Shown here one piece after another: positions 51,453 through 64,000 of a DNA stretch of 64,000 bases (its first letter is position 1; each line of letters opens with the position of its first letter). This stretch comes from Camelus dromedarius (Eukaryota): positions 87,856,001 to 87,920,000 of the forward strand of contig NC_087437.1 of NCBI RefSeq assembly GCF_036321535.1. Direction: 5' to 3'. The notes under the pieces were generated by a model, which was not told the origin of the DNA, ran no database searches, and saw only the letters and a program-made list of their open reading frames with translations. The position numbers and the translations under genes are program-made.

Positions 51453-54422
51453 CTATATCAAAAAGAATACAGCACTAGATTCACAGATAATTGGTTTATA
51501 AACAAGACATCAAGCTATTAGTTTTAATATCTTATTTAAGATTTCAGTACCTTGCCTGGATAGGAGCAGCTGCAGAATTTAACCTAATGTAAAAGGGACA
51601 TAGTAAAACACTTTTCTTTAGTCTTATGTTGGCTATACCATTGAAACAGAAGATTTCATATTGAAGGGAGTAAACTATAAGAGTAATTCTAAGCCCTAAT
51701 ATCAGTAACAGTTTGGAGATCTAGTTCCCACTTAAGGCACCAGTTTGGAAAATTTGTGTGTGAAGCAAAAGGAATAGACACCATGATACGATCAATGTGG
51801 GGATTTCACATTCCATTTAGATGACTTTGGAGCTCTCACAGTGTTAGGAACATGGATTTATTTTACATAATGAAAACTCGTAGAACTTGTGTGACCTTAG
51901 GAGCCCTAAGTTAGACAGACAGGTTACAGAGGAGGCCTACAAGACCCCAAAGACCCTCATCAGGGGGAAAATACTTTGAGGCCTCACCTAAAAGGGGGCC
52001 ACTTCCAGAGTTTCAATAGGTTGCTTATTAAGCAGGTTACAATAGGCCTGAAATTGTATCTTCCTCATTGACAAGCTATTTCATATTTAAGATTCACCTT
52101 CATGAATCACCTAACAAATGCTATTATCTCTGTAATAATCTACACTTCATTAACTTAATTTACATCTTTAGACTTGACCCAGGCCCCTGTGAGAAATAGA
52201 AAATAGTGCAGAACTCTCTAGGGTGTGGAGGCAAGGCAGATCCTTACCTTTTTGCTTTGACCTCCCGGGGCAGGGGAGATGTTAGTTAAGAATAAGAGGA
52301 TCAGAGTTAGAAGCTTCTCCAGTTTCGTAGGTCAAAGTCCTTCCGACCAGACCTTGCTAAAGTTCAGTGCTAGTGCTATTGACTCCAAAGTTCAAGTAAT
52401 TGCCAGATTTTAGGTTTTGTCTTTCTACTAAGTGGTTTGGCACCTCTTCTTCCTTGGTTTACTGACCTAACTTTGTCTCTAGCAATCACTGTATTGTGAA
52501 AATCAAACAGCCATTCCAAGGGACAAAGGGCAAGTGATTGTTATGGACATTCAAATTTAATTTTAAATTTCAACCTTAAATTTCATCATGAGCACAAGTT
52601 GCTCTCCATTCCATCCATTGGTAAGAAGCAAGCCAAGGGGCTAAATATTACGACCACATGATAGTGAAATAACCTCAAAGTTATTATTAGCATTATAACA
52701 TTAAGTTATTATTAGTTATTGTTATGTGATATAATATCATATGTTTCAGAAAACTAGAATCTCTTCTGCATTTTACCTATGTGGTTTTTATTTCTAAGAA
52801 TAAATAATTTAATTAAATGTCATTTTTTATTCATTCTTATACATAAAGATCTAAAATTAGTAGTATGTATTACTTACAAGATTTGTATATTTAGTAGATA
52901 TACACAAAACATTAAAATCTACAATACTCATATATAGCAAAACAACGTCCTGTCCTAATTGGTAACTCTAATTTCTAGCATCATCCCTCTTGATATTTAA
53001 AACAAAAAATTATACTGAGTAAGATTTGTAAGCTATTAAATAGAACAGTAACTCTGAACGTAAGAAAATATGTAAAATCATTTATTTCATTTGATTGGAA
53101 ACACCATGGAAAAGCTGGCCATGAGTATTTAATCTGAGCCTGAGGAATAATGAAGTCAATTACTCTTGTTAACATAGATTTATAATTGTGTATCTGTGTG
53201 TGTGTGTCTGTGTGTGTGTGTGAGAAGAAAGTATGGTCAAGAAGATGAGTAAAAGATTCACAGATTTTTGGAGAAAAACCTAAAGAAACTGACCTTTTAA
53301 AAAATTGAAACAATAAAATGAACATTTGTGAACTGTTACAAAATACATAATCCTTATGCATCTTCCTTCTGCAATATAACAGAATCAGTATAGCTATGCC
53401 AAATCCATTGCTTTTGATTTAAAAAAAAGACTTTTTAAATGAATAGTATTAACATCTTGAAGAATTTCTACAGTGATCTGTTGCATGCCTTAATTTTAAT
53501 TAAAAAACCAAATGAATAACATAATGGAAGCAAAGAATCAACATTAATCTTTAAATCAAAAGGATTTGCAATGAGATTATAATTAATTACATGCCAAAAA
53601 ATATCTTACTGAATAGGGTGGTGACCTCAGTTACTTTGTTTAATCACTAAAACAATTCAATTGCCAAATAAGAATCTGGATCAATTCCAAATATATCCAA
53701 TTAAGATTATCAATTCACTAAGAACAGTGACAATAAACCTCAAAAATAAACTCTTTAAAAACTTTTCATTTTGATTAATATGTCTGCACCAATTATTTTT
53801 TAGTACTTAGGTCCTTGAGGAAAACAATCTTGGCAGTAGGACCTTGCTGTCCTCAGAATGCCTGCGGGCAAACATTTCCATAAATAATTGTGTTGATTAT
53901 CTGTTCTATTACTGAGCACATCAGTTGTCACTCACTAAACCAATTTGCAGTAGACCAAAGTAAAAAGATGCTATTCTTGTTATCTTGAATACATTCTGGA
54001 AAGCAACAGATTAACAGATTTTTATCCTAAGATGTGGAAACAGCCATTAGAATTTTGATATGTTTCTACACACGATTATACGCTTCTAAGAGTTTTGTCT
54101 CTCGATTTCCCCTGCAGCCTCTGTCAGAGCTGCAGTGTCCCCGCCAAGCTCCAGACACGTGTGGAGGTCCAGCTGTGTACTTTGGGCAGATGCAGCCCCA
54201 GAGTGACTTGAAAGTAGAGCATTCTTGGCCCTCCTGAAGAGATATTAGTGGCAGGTGGACAGTCATGTACGGAGTTACCAGATGCCTTCAACTGCGTGAG
54301 AAACGTTCAATCCACTGGGACCTCAGATGTCTAGACTGCCCTTTGTGATAGCAAGATAAGTAATGTATATAGTCCCTTTGCCAAGTAGGTCCTAATTAAC
54401 TCTCTTCAGTTCAGATAGGTGG

Positions 54423-54978
54423 TGTGAAATAATAGAAAAATATATGCATACATTTTATAAATATATATACACACACATATATTATATATATACATATATA
54501 TCTTCCCTGGTTCCTGGAACATAGTTCCTAAAACCCTTGTATTTCCTAATTGATCAGAACGCCAGGAACACCTTTTGTTACAGTGTTTGGTCTTTGAATC
54601 TGATTCCTGACAATGAGCTCCTAAACCCTTGGAATTTCCAGGAATGTCTTTTGTTCACCAGAAAGACCAGGCAATGATTAGAAGCTTGGAATTTTCATCA
54701 TTGCCTCCCCTTCCCACACAGACATATACTCATTCTCCAGAGAGGGAAGAGGGTTTGGAAATGGAGTTAACGATCATACCTACAGGATGAAGCCTCCATA
54801 AAATTCCAATAGTAGGAGGTTCAGAGAACTTCCAGGTTGGTGAACAACATGTAGAAGTGCTGGGAGAGTGGTGCACCTTCCCATGTACCTTGTCATACAC
54901 ATCTCTTCCATCTGGATGTTCATCTGTATTCTTTATCATATCCTTTTATAATTAACTGGTAAACATTAAAAAAAAAAA
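54423..54978 (+). mobile_element. MER21-family LTR, 3'-truncated
   Basis: gagctcctaaacccttggaatttcc...ggttcagagaacttccaggttggtgaac...catctcttccatctggatgttcatctgtat; ends in an A run. Confidence 0.75.
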
Positions 54979-55608
54979 CTTTTGTCTCTCAGATTCCACA
55001 ACAACACCATAAGGGTGCTCTAGACAATACTTGTATTGCCAAAAGATTATAGTTCATTTCTCTGGGAACCTGCAGTACAGTTACATTTGACTCAGAAAAT
55101 GAAAATAAGAACAAATCATTTCTGGCATCTTATAAGTGAAAAATGTATTTTTACTATTGAGTGACCTTGTAAAGATGTTTATGAGAAGACATCTGATTTT
55201 TCAAATGTCTGTTTTTTTTTTCACATGAAATGACAAGTGCTTCTATGAATTCTAATTGCAAAATGCTGAATCAATTATAAAAGTTTCCAAGCAGCCCCTT
55301 TCAATGAACTTCAGAGGGAAACCAAAGCAGCCTTCTCTAAACAAAACTGGGGTAAGGAAGCCGGCCTATTTTTAACTTTTGTACTTGCTGATACATGTTA
55401 TAGATCTTTGAGACTGCACCTGTTTTTTAATCATAATATCCTCTACTACTCAAAATGTGAATATTTCTTGAGCTCCCCTCTGTGCACAGCACTCTCATGA
55501 TGCATGGAAGGTCAGCTTCTTCCCAGAATTCTGCCAAAATCATCTCTCTGACTTTAGTTTCAGCCTTGACATTTTGACCATCTTAGAATTAAAGAACTGT
55601 TGGCATTC

Positions 55609-56027
55609 GTGAGGAGACCTACAGATTATCATACTAAATGAAGTAAATCAGAAAGAGAAAGGCAAATACCATCTAATATCACTCACATGTGGAACCTAAA
55701 ATATGACATGTATGAACTTGTTTATGAAACAGAAACAGATTCGCAGACATAGAAAACAGCTTTATGGTTACCAAAGGAGAAAGAGGATTGGGGAGGGATA
55801 AATTAGGAGTTTGGGATTAGCAGATACAAACTAATCCATATAAAATAGATAAACAACAAGGTCCTACTGTATATAGCATGGGAACTATACTCAATACCCT
55901 GTAGTAAACTATAATGGAAAAAAATGTATATGTATACCTATGTATAACTGGATCACTTTACTGTACACTAGAAGCAAACACAATATTGTAAATCAACGAT
56001 ACTTCAATAAAAAAATTAACTTTAAAA
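55609..56027 (+). mobile_element. 5'-truncated L1
   Basis: L1 3' UTR; 18-bp TSD AAAGAAC(T/C)GTT(G/A)GCATTC at 55591 and 56028. Confidence 0.9.
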
Positions 56028-56357
56028 AAAGAACCGTTAGCATTCCTGAAGTTGTGTCTAATCAACGACAGGTGTTTGATAAGTTACCAACAGCACTAAT
56101 CAGTATAACCATGTCAGTAATATAAATAAGACGTGTCATTCAGATTTATTGTCATGCTCTGAAAATTTACATTCAAATACTGATAAAAGCATTCTAGATA
56201 TAACCGGAACCACAACAGCAAAAAATCTTACAGGCTTTCTGTGTTGAAATTCTGTCACTCTGCTTAAGTACAATTCGTTGTCAAAATGAATTGCAAAAAT
56301 AATAATCAATGACAATAGCTGACCAATTGCTTTTAAAGGGTTAAGAAATCTACTCAC

Positions 56358-56480
56358 CATCCTTCGGGATGAAATCTCCCCAGGCGGGACTCCGGCCTCG
56401 GCCTCCCGGCGGCCATGTTAACTGCCCTGGGTCTCTCCTGGCTCCGGGGGCGCCCGTGCGGGCGGCTGACGGGAATGAGA
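56358..56480 (-). ncRNA. Putative first exon of a divergent transcript
   Basis: Strong donor ATG|GTGAGT at the island edge; AACATGG at 56416 opens 19 codons (MAAGRPRPESRLGRFHPEG); 5' end is a guess. Confidence 0.45.
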
Positions 56481-56950
56481 AAGCACGAGAGGAGGAGCAG
56501 GAGCCGCGTCGCAGAGGCGGGTTTGAGGCTCGGCGACGCGGCTCGGGGTGCCCTGCACCAGGCTGGGAACAGGGACGTGCGTGCCCGGTCCCCGCTCCTC
56601 TCCCGCCGCTCTGGGCCGCCTGGTCCACAGACTGAGTGATGGCGGCAGCTTCGCTGAGGGACCCCCCTCAGGTAAACGCTCGTCCTTCAGGGTCCGCACC
56701 GCCCTCACCCACCAGACGCTAAAGCCCCGAGCGCGGACGCCTGCTGCAGGCCCGGGTGTCCAGGAGGGTGAGGCGGTCGTGGGTGGAGCCCTATTTCTGA
56801 CCAACCGTGTGATGGCCTGTGGTGGGAGAGGGTACAGGCGGATGGACTGGCTCGTGTAAAGGTTGGGAGGTGCGACTGAGGCGGGAGGATTCGGGAAACC
56901 CGCGTCCATCCTCTGTCTGCAGCAAACGGGGTGAGGTCGAGTGGCACCTA
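56360..56950. promoter_or_regulatory. CpG island, probable bidirectional promoter
   Basis: Only dense GC/CpG block in the window; divergent splice donors at 56357 (-) and 56672 (+). Confidence 0.85.
56639..56671 (+). CDS. Coding first exon of KRAB zinc-finger type (ZNF419/ZNF773/ZNF792-like); remainder not seen in the window
   Basis: GTG ATG GCG GCA GCT TCG CTG AGG GAC CCC CCT CAG|GTAAAC = MAAASLRDPPQ, 11 codons, phase 0; compare recalled MAAAALRDPAQ/MAAATLRDPAQ. Confidence 0.65.
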
Positions 56951-57240
56951 GACTGGCAGAGACGTTGTTCCTTCTTTCTGAGGGACCTGGAGACCATGGA
57001 GGATGCTGGACAGAAGAGAAACACATGACGTATTCAGTTTTGAAAGTTATAAAAATGCTGCTCGAGAGGGAGTAGGCTGGAATGTGGGTGTTGGGGACAG
57101 TGAGGTACAGAGAAACTAGAGTGCTTGTTCAAGGTCAGAGATCTGGAAAGAGGCAGCTCTGAGAACTGAAACACAGAGTTTAGTAAGTTAACCTACGGTC
57201 ACCAGGTTCCAATCATGGGTGAGGATACAGGGGAATCCTC

Positions 57241-58048
57241 TGTCAGAATGTCCATCATCAAAATGTCTGCAAATAATAAATGCTGGAGAGGGTGTTGAGA
57301 AAAAGGAGCCCCTGTACACTTTTGGTGGGGATGTAAATTGGTGCAGCTACTATGGAGAACAGTATGGAGTTTCCTTAAAAAACTAAAAATAGAGTTACCA
57401 TATGATCCAACACTTCCACTCCTGGATATATATCCAGAAAAGATGAAAACTAACTCAAAAAGATACATATGTCCAGCACCCCAGTGTTCATAGCAGCACT
57501 GTTTACTATAGCAAGACATGGAAGCAACCTAAATGTCTATTGACAGACGAATGGATAAAAGTGTTGGGGGGGTGGAGTATTACTCAGCCATAAACAAGAA
57601 TGAAATCATGCCATTTGCAGCAATATGGATGGACCTAGAGATTATCATACTAAGTGAAGTCAGTCAGAAAAACAAATATATGATATCACTTACATGTGGA
57701 ATCTAAAGAAATGATACAAATAAACTTATTTACAAAACAGAAACAGACTCACAGACATAGAAAATAATCTTATGGTTACCAAAGGGGGAATGGGTGGAGG
57801 GATAAATTAGGAGTTTGGTACTAGCCAATACACACTACTATATATAAAATAAACAACTGGGACCCACTGTATAGTACAGGGAATTATACCCAATATCTTG
57901 TAATAACCTATAATAGAAAAGAATCTGAAAAAGAACAGATATTTCTATCTGTCGATCTAGCTATCTATCTGTATAACTGAATCACTTTTTTGTACACCTG
58001 AAACTAGCACAACATATAAATCAACTATACTAAAATTAACAAAAAAAT
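57241..58048 (+). mobile_element. 5'-truncated L1 (ORF2 end plus 3' UTR)
   Basis: aataaatgctggagagggtg...atagagttaccatatgatcca...tatggttaccaaaggg... Confidence 0.9.
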
Positions 58049-58424
58049 TTCCAATGGTTGAATATAAACTGACAGCTAAATTAATATTAGGAGAAATTAC
58101 ATTAATTAAATAAATTTAGGAAAAACATTTCTTTTTGGAGATAGGAAATGCTTATAAAATATAAATAATAATACAAAGCTTATTAATAGAGATTAGAATA
58201 AAGTATTAATCTTAGTTTGATTGTAGGAAGAGGTTCATTATAAGAATTATTAAAATAACAAGTGTGATATAGGAATTAGGGCTTACATGATTAAAGAAGG
58301 AGCTAGGGAGTAAAGGTCTGCAAGGATGAAGCCAGGAGATCAGGAATACTTATTCATAATATCCTCAAAGCCCTTGAGTTTGGAGAAGCTGCAACTTTTG
58401 GGGAAGTCTGAGATACCACTACCA

Positions 58425-58454
58425 CCATGACCATGACCATGACCATGACCATGA
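58425..58454. repeat. (CCATGA)5 hexanucleotide repeat
   Basis: Directly visible. Confidence 0.92.
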
Positions 58455-59924
58455 AGTGAGAGTTCACAAGTCTGTCTACAAGACCACCATGTCTTAACAC
58501 CACGATATCTCAGGAACATGGCTTCCAGTTCACTTCCATTTTCACATCCCACACAACAACAGGAAACAGGAAACTCTAACCAGAATTGTACAGCAAAGAG
58601 GATCCTGAAAATCTTAGTTGTGAGCCTTAGGTAGGAGGGTCTCAGTGTTAGGTTAAGAACATACAACCCAGCACTATCTCCTCTAATTGTAGCAGAATTG
58701 CTTCTTGTGTGAGCAGTTACATGAAAGAAAATAATCTTTAAAAATTATATTCATCAATTTATACTAATTCCATAGAAGCCTTAAAATTTTCAAGAAAAAA
58801 TTCTCTTGAAGAATTTTCATAGCTTATGAGGGTAAATTAAAATCAGAATATCAAAATTGCCACATCAACATTTCACAGAGGAAAATATCCAGAATCGTAT
58901 ATAACAATCGATTATAATCGATTATAACAATATAATAATCATTTTATAATAAATCATCTTCAAGCTAAATGTAGTAAAGAATACAGATATAAACAAATGA
59001 AGAGTTAAAGAAAAGTGGGTGTCTCAGATTATATTTTGTTCTCACTGATCTAACTTCAAAATAATAATTTGGTAAGAATGCTTTAAGATTTGAGTCTATG
59101 GGGTTAAAAATTAAAAACTAACTTAAGTAATTTTTATATATTTATTAACAATAAAGGCTATAAATGTCTTAAGTTCATTTTATAAAGTGTAATTAAAAAA
59201 CATTTTCTTGAATTCTGCTGGGTACAAAAAAGATGAATGGTATTGCTAAGTACACCAGTGGAAAGCAAGTATGCATTTAGTACTTCCAACATGTGACCAG
59301 AGTGACTAAATGAGCCATCCAGTAGTTAAGAGGTTAGGGAAATTACTATTCTGGTTCCATGTCAAACTTTTAAAATTTGACTCCTCAGAATTTTATTAAT
59401 CATAATATTAAACATTTTTAAATAAAATTTCAGATTTTTTCTTATATTTCACAAGTTTATTCTATTAGGTGGTATTTGCATTTGGCCTTGGCTTTGGGAA
59501 ATTGTTGATCTTATCACTCCATCATTGATCATTTGGCAAAAAATTGCATTTTAGTGTACACCTCTAAAATCATATCAACACAGTTCAACTAGATTTTTTT
59601 GGTGAGTTATGTGGCTATAAATAATCTACTCTATGTCTTAAATCAAAATTATTTCTTTAAGGCTACCACACTCATGAAACCTTCCCCTTGTTCATGCAGT
59701 CAGAGCTTCCTCCTTTCCTCCTTTCCAAATTCTCTTTTGTTATAACTACTTATGTCTGTCTTCTCATCTCCCTCTTAATCTGAAGGTGGTCAAATGGAAA
59801 GAACATTTGCTTTTGTCTGTTTTTCCATCCCCAACAGGAGTCATGAATCAGCAACCTCCATGGCAAATTCAGTCTGCAAAAACATTTGGTTTGGTTGGCA
59901 TAATGCGTGTGTGTGTGTGTGTGT

Positions 59925-61865
59925 GTTTCCCATACAGTTGTTTTCAAGTATATTAAAGGCATTGTGTAACCATCATCACAATCTAATTTTTGAACAATTT
60001 CATCACACCAAAAAGAAACCTGCACCCAGCCACCAACAGGTACTCCCCATCACTCCCCCAACAACCTAGGTAACCACTAATTTATTTTCAATCTCTATAG
60101 ATTTGACTATTCTGGTTATTTCGTATTACAGAATCCTATCATATGGATTCATCTGTTACTGGCTTCTTTCACTGTGCATAATGTTTTCAGACCTACCCAC
60201 ATTATATCACATATCATTACCTTATCACTTTATATTGCAAAATAATATTCTGTTCATTGACAGACCACGTTTTATTTATCCATTTATCAATTAATGGACA
60301 TTTTGGTTGTTTCTACTTTTAGGCTATTATCAATAATGCTCCTGTGAATATCTGTGTATAGATTTTTGTGTGGACATGTTTTCATTTCTCTTGGGTATAT
60401 ACCTAGGAGGCAAACAGCTAGATCACGTGGTAACTCTGTGTTTAACCTTTAGAGAGACTGCCAGTTTTACGAAGTGGCTACACCATTTTACATGCCCACC
60501 AGCAGGATATAAGGGTTTCAGTTTCTCCAGATCCTCACCAATTCTTGTTATTGTCTGACTTTTTCTATTCTAACTTAGTGTGTGTGAAGTGGTATCTCAC
60601 TGTGATTTTAATTTTCAGTTCCCTAATGATTAATAATGTTAAGCATGTTTTCATGTGCTTATTGGCTATTATATATCTTCTTTGGGAAAATGTCTGTAAG
60701 GTACTTTGTCCAATTTTTAATTGGATTGTTTGTGTTTTTCCAATATTGAATTTTAACAATTCTTAGTATATTCTGGAGGTGAGTCTTGTACCAGATACAT
60801 GATTTGCAAGTATTTTCTCTTATTCTGTGGGTTGTCCTTTCACTTTCTTGATGGTATTATTTGTAACACATTTTAAAAATACGATCCAATGTATCTATTT
60901 TTTCCTTTTGTCACTTATGCTTTTGAAAATATTAAGAAAACATTGCCTACCCCAAGGCCAGAAAGATTTACTGCTATATTTTCCTCTAAAAGTTTTAAAA
61001 GTTTTAACTCTTTTATTTAGGTCTATGACCAATTAAAGTTAATTTTCATGTATAATGTGAGATAGGAGTCTAATGTTGTTCTTTTGCATGTAAATATCTA
61101 GTTAGTTGTCCCAGCATCACTTGCTGAACAATTATCCTTCCCCCATTGAATTGTCTTGGCACCCTTGTCAAATATCAGTTGACCAAAATGTGAGGGTTTA
61201 TTTCTGTACTCTGAATTCTACTTGATGATCTAGATGTCCATTCTTATGCTCATACCACACTGTCTTGAGTACTGTAGCTTTGTAGTAAGTTTTAAAATCA
61301 GAAATGTGAGTCCTCACACTTTGTTTCCTTTTTCAAGATTGGGGATATTCTGGAAATCTTGCATTTCCATTGAAGTTTTAGGCTTAGCTTGTCAAGTTTG
61401 CAAAGAAGTCAGCTGGAATTTTGTAAATCACTTTAAGGAGTATTACTATCTTAAGAAAATTAGGTCTCCCATCAACATGTGATGTATTTTCATTATTTAG
61501 GGCAGGGCATCTTTAATTTCTTTCAGTGATTTTTTTTCATTTAGCATGTACAAGTCTTGAACTTCTTTTGTTAAATCTATTTCTACATATTGTATTCTTT
61601 TTGATGGTATTATAAATAGAATCATTTTCTTTATTTTTTCCAAAGCTTGTCCAAGTGTATATGATCTGGCATTCTGTAACTTTGCTGGAGACTCGTTTAT
61701 TAATCCTAATAGTTTTATTCTTTAGTGGATTCCTTAGAATTTTCTGTATAAAAGATTATATCATTAGAAATAGAGACAGTTTTACTTTTTTTCCAAATTG
61801 GCTGCCTTTTCTTTTCCCTGCCTAATTACCCTGGCTAGAACCACCAATATAATGTTGAATAAAGT
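59925..61865 (-). mobile_element. L1MB-like element (3' UTR plus distal ORF2)
   Basis: catcacaccaaaaagaaacctgcaccc...; minus ORF 60565 (IIANKHMKTCLTLLIIRELKIKITVRYHFT) is L1 ORF2-like. Confidence 0.88.
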
Positions 61866-64000
61866 GACGTGCTATTTTAAAATCAAGAAATTTTACACAC
61901 AAAGAAAAACTGAAATTTTTTTTTTTTTTTTTTTTGGAAAACCAGAAGACCTGAAAAATATTATACTTAACAGGAGCTGCGTAGTGGCTGCCCATTTAAG
62001 TGGGACATGTGCTTTCCAACTGACCAAGTCCCCATCATTTCCTATTGCCTAACACTTGGCCAACTTCACTAACCTGTTCACTGTCAGATCCTTTGGCATT
62101 ATAGTTTGTAAATTGTGCCTTGTAAAGATTAATATGATACCTTATTCATCTTAGACGTTTAGTGTATATTTATTAACTGATGCATAGGAAGATTGTCATG
62201 AATGAATGAACAACTGAATTTTTATATATGAGAATAAAAAATCCTATTTCCCCTAACTGTGGTCTCCCAAGCAACTAGATCCAACTATAATTCTCCATTT
62301 CTCATTCTACTGTATATTTCTTATCAGATCCGTAGAGCCATTATGACCATTTTTGATAGTATCTACTCTTTGTTTATATTATTAGAAAACTTAACTGAGC
62401 CAGTTTCTTTTTTAAATATAAATTTTCTTTTATTTTGAAATTATAACACTGGAATGAAGTGGTTTGTGGCTCAAACAACCTGCGTGGGAAAGAAAAATGG
62501 AGTGCTCATCAATCAAATGAACAAACTCAAAGTCTGAGCCAGCTGCTCCAACTTCCCAGGACAAAACAAAGAACAGATTTTAAAAAGGGAGAAACAGTCC
62601 TATCAAAATCAGGGTGCTGATGGCTGGCAGCTTTCCAGTAAAATTCAGTTTTCAAAGTTGCCACAATTATAGAATAATGTAGCACTTATTTTTAAAACCA
62701 GTTAAAGCAGGAGTACCCTCTCCAGCCCTCATCCTGATTCTCATTAAAATATATGTATATTTTTACTATCCTGAGTGAGAGATGTATCAGGAGTGTTACA
62801 AGTGGCCCTTCAACCCCTAAAGGGAATGTGATGACTGGACTTAAGAGCCCTCAGCACACATAAAGCCTTGGTTCTCGGTGGGGGTGACTGAAGTCATCTG
62901 GTTGGGAGGGGAAAGGGTGAGAAGCACAGGTGGGACTTACAGCAGGAGTGGGGTTGGTGTGAGGCAAGCGAGGGACAGGCAGAAAGCCGCACCTGTCAGA
63001 ATACTGCATTATCTTAAATACGTGAAGAAAATTGCCAATGAGTGAAACCTACTTACAGAGGTAAAAAGAGAAAAGAGAAATTAAAGCAATCCAGTGATCA
63101 CTGGAAAATCTCTCTTTTTTTATTCTTGGAAAGTAATCCAAAATTTTAAGGTAATTTTTTTTCCTTTGAAAAAAGAGATTATTCCCTCCACACAACCCTC
63201 CACCCTTAGCAAGTGGAGTTGCCACTGCTAATTTGTCTCTGTTGTTAATCTGCTAAGGGGTAGATCAAATAAAAGTGAAATGAGGCTTCTATGGGGAGGC
63301 CCATTAGAGGCTGGGGAGGGGCTGGGCTCGCCCAATGGAACTGCTCAACTGCAAAGATGCCTGAGCAAGTCTAGAGGACCTGGCTCTCAGACTCTCAGGA
63401 CAAAGTCCTGCTCCTCTTCTTCTAGAGCCAGTTGTCCCTTGAAAACTGAGAAGAGGATACAATGGAGCTGGGGCATCTCAAGGAAACCCTGTTGAAGAGG
63501 TCTTAGCTCCGGCCTCCTCAGGCCTCTTGACTGTAGGTGAGTGGTGAGCTCCAGGCCAAACCCCAGATTTTACCTCCAGCCAGTCCCCCCTGGTAGAAGG
63601 GCAGAGGCAATTCCATTTCTCACTCTCTGGTCCAGCAAAGCTATAGTACATGAGAGATGGACAAGGTGGAGGGGAAAGGGTGAGACACAGGACCCCAGGG
63701 CAAGGAAGGTAGAAAGGGGGTACTTAAAGGCCAGCCCTTCTACCACAACTGTTATGAGTGAGGGATCCTGGCACGTTGGCTTATTCCCTAAGGACAAACC
63801 TTTTGTGGCACAAGCCTCCACTTATTTCTCCTCCTGGCTGGGATTCACACCCCTACACCAAGTTCCTGCCCTTGGTTCTAATCTTATTGTAAGGACTGAG
63901 GTAGTTATTTCATTTAATACCAGTAGCATCTGTCACCTGTGGTTACTAAAAACATCTGCTCCCAAGAGCTTCCTGTTATTACATTTAAGAGGGAAAAAAA

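Noticed and set aside
52247..53370. Further minus-strand splice-like motifs near 52247 and 53292-53368
   Set aside because: Motifs only; stops or uninformative peptides, so not supportable as exons
56350..57028. Long GC-rich ORFs (up to 202 aa) over the CpG island
   Set aside because: Pro/Arg/Gly-rich frames on both strands are expected from stop-codon scarcity in GC-rich DNA
62770..63860. GC-richer block ending in CCCTACA, a possible ancient LTR
   Set aside because: Family and boundaries could not be recognised reliably
1..64000. CRISPR arrays, operons, rRNA genes or an intact provirus
   Set aside because: Mammalian DNA with no repeat-spacer array, no rRNA, and only solo LTRs without internal retroviral ORFs

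Overview
AT-rich, repeat-dense mammalian genomic DNA. It is most likely camelid (alpaca/llama/camel), judged from three tRNA-derived Vic-1-type SINEs and camelid/cetartiodactyl-type L1 3' ends. No complete protein-coding gene is visible and almost all listed ORFs are spurious. Supported content: a processed RPL18 pseudogene with a perfect 15-bp TSD (5748-6357), many solo ERV/MaLR LTRs (some nested), L1/L2/MIR fragments, DNA transposons (Tigger1-type, MER20, MER33), microsatellites and one CpG island (~56360-56950). The island is the most interesting part. On + it carries a 33-nt coding first exon, MAAASLRDPPQ|gt, of the ZNF419/ZNF773/ZNF792 KRAB zinc-finger type, but I see no KRAB or zinc-finger exon in the remaining ~7 kb. 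On - it carries a divergent first exon with a strong donor. A probably once full-length L1 at 46.9-50.0 kb has lost ORF1 and most of ORF2, with a perfect 13-bp hairpin at the junction. Repeat family names come from recall of consensus sequences, not from a RepeatMasker run.
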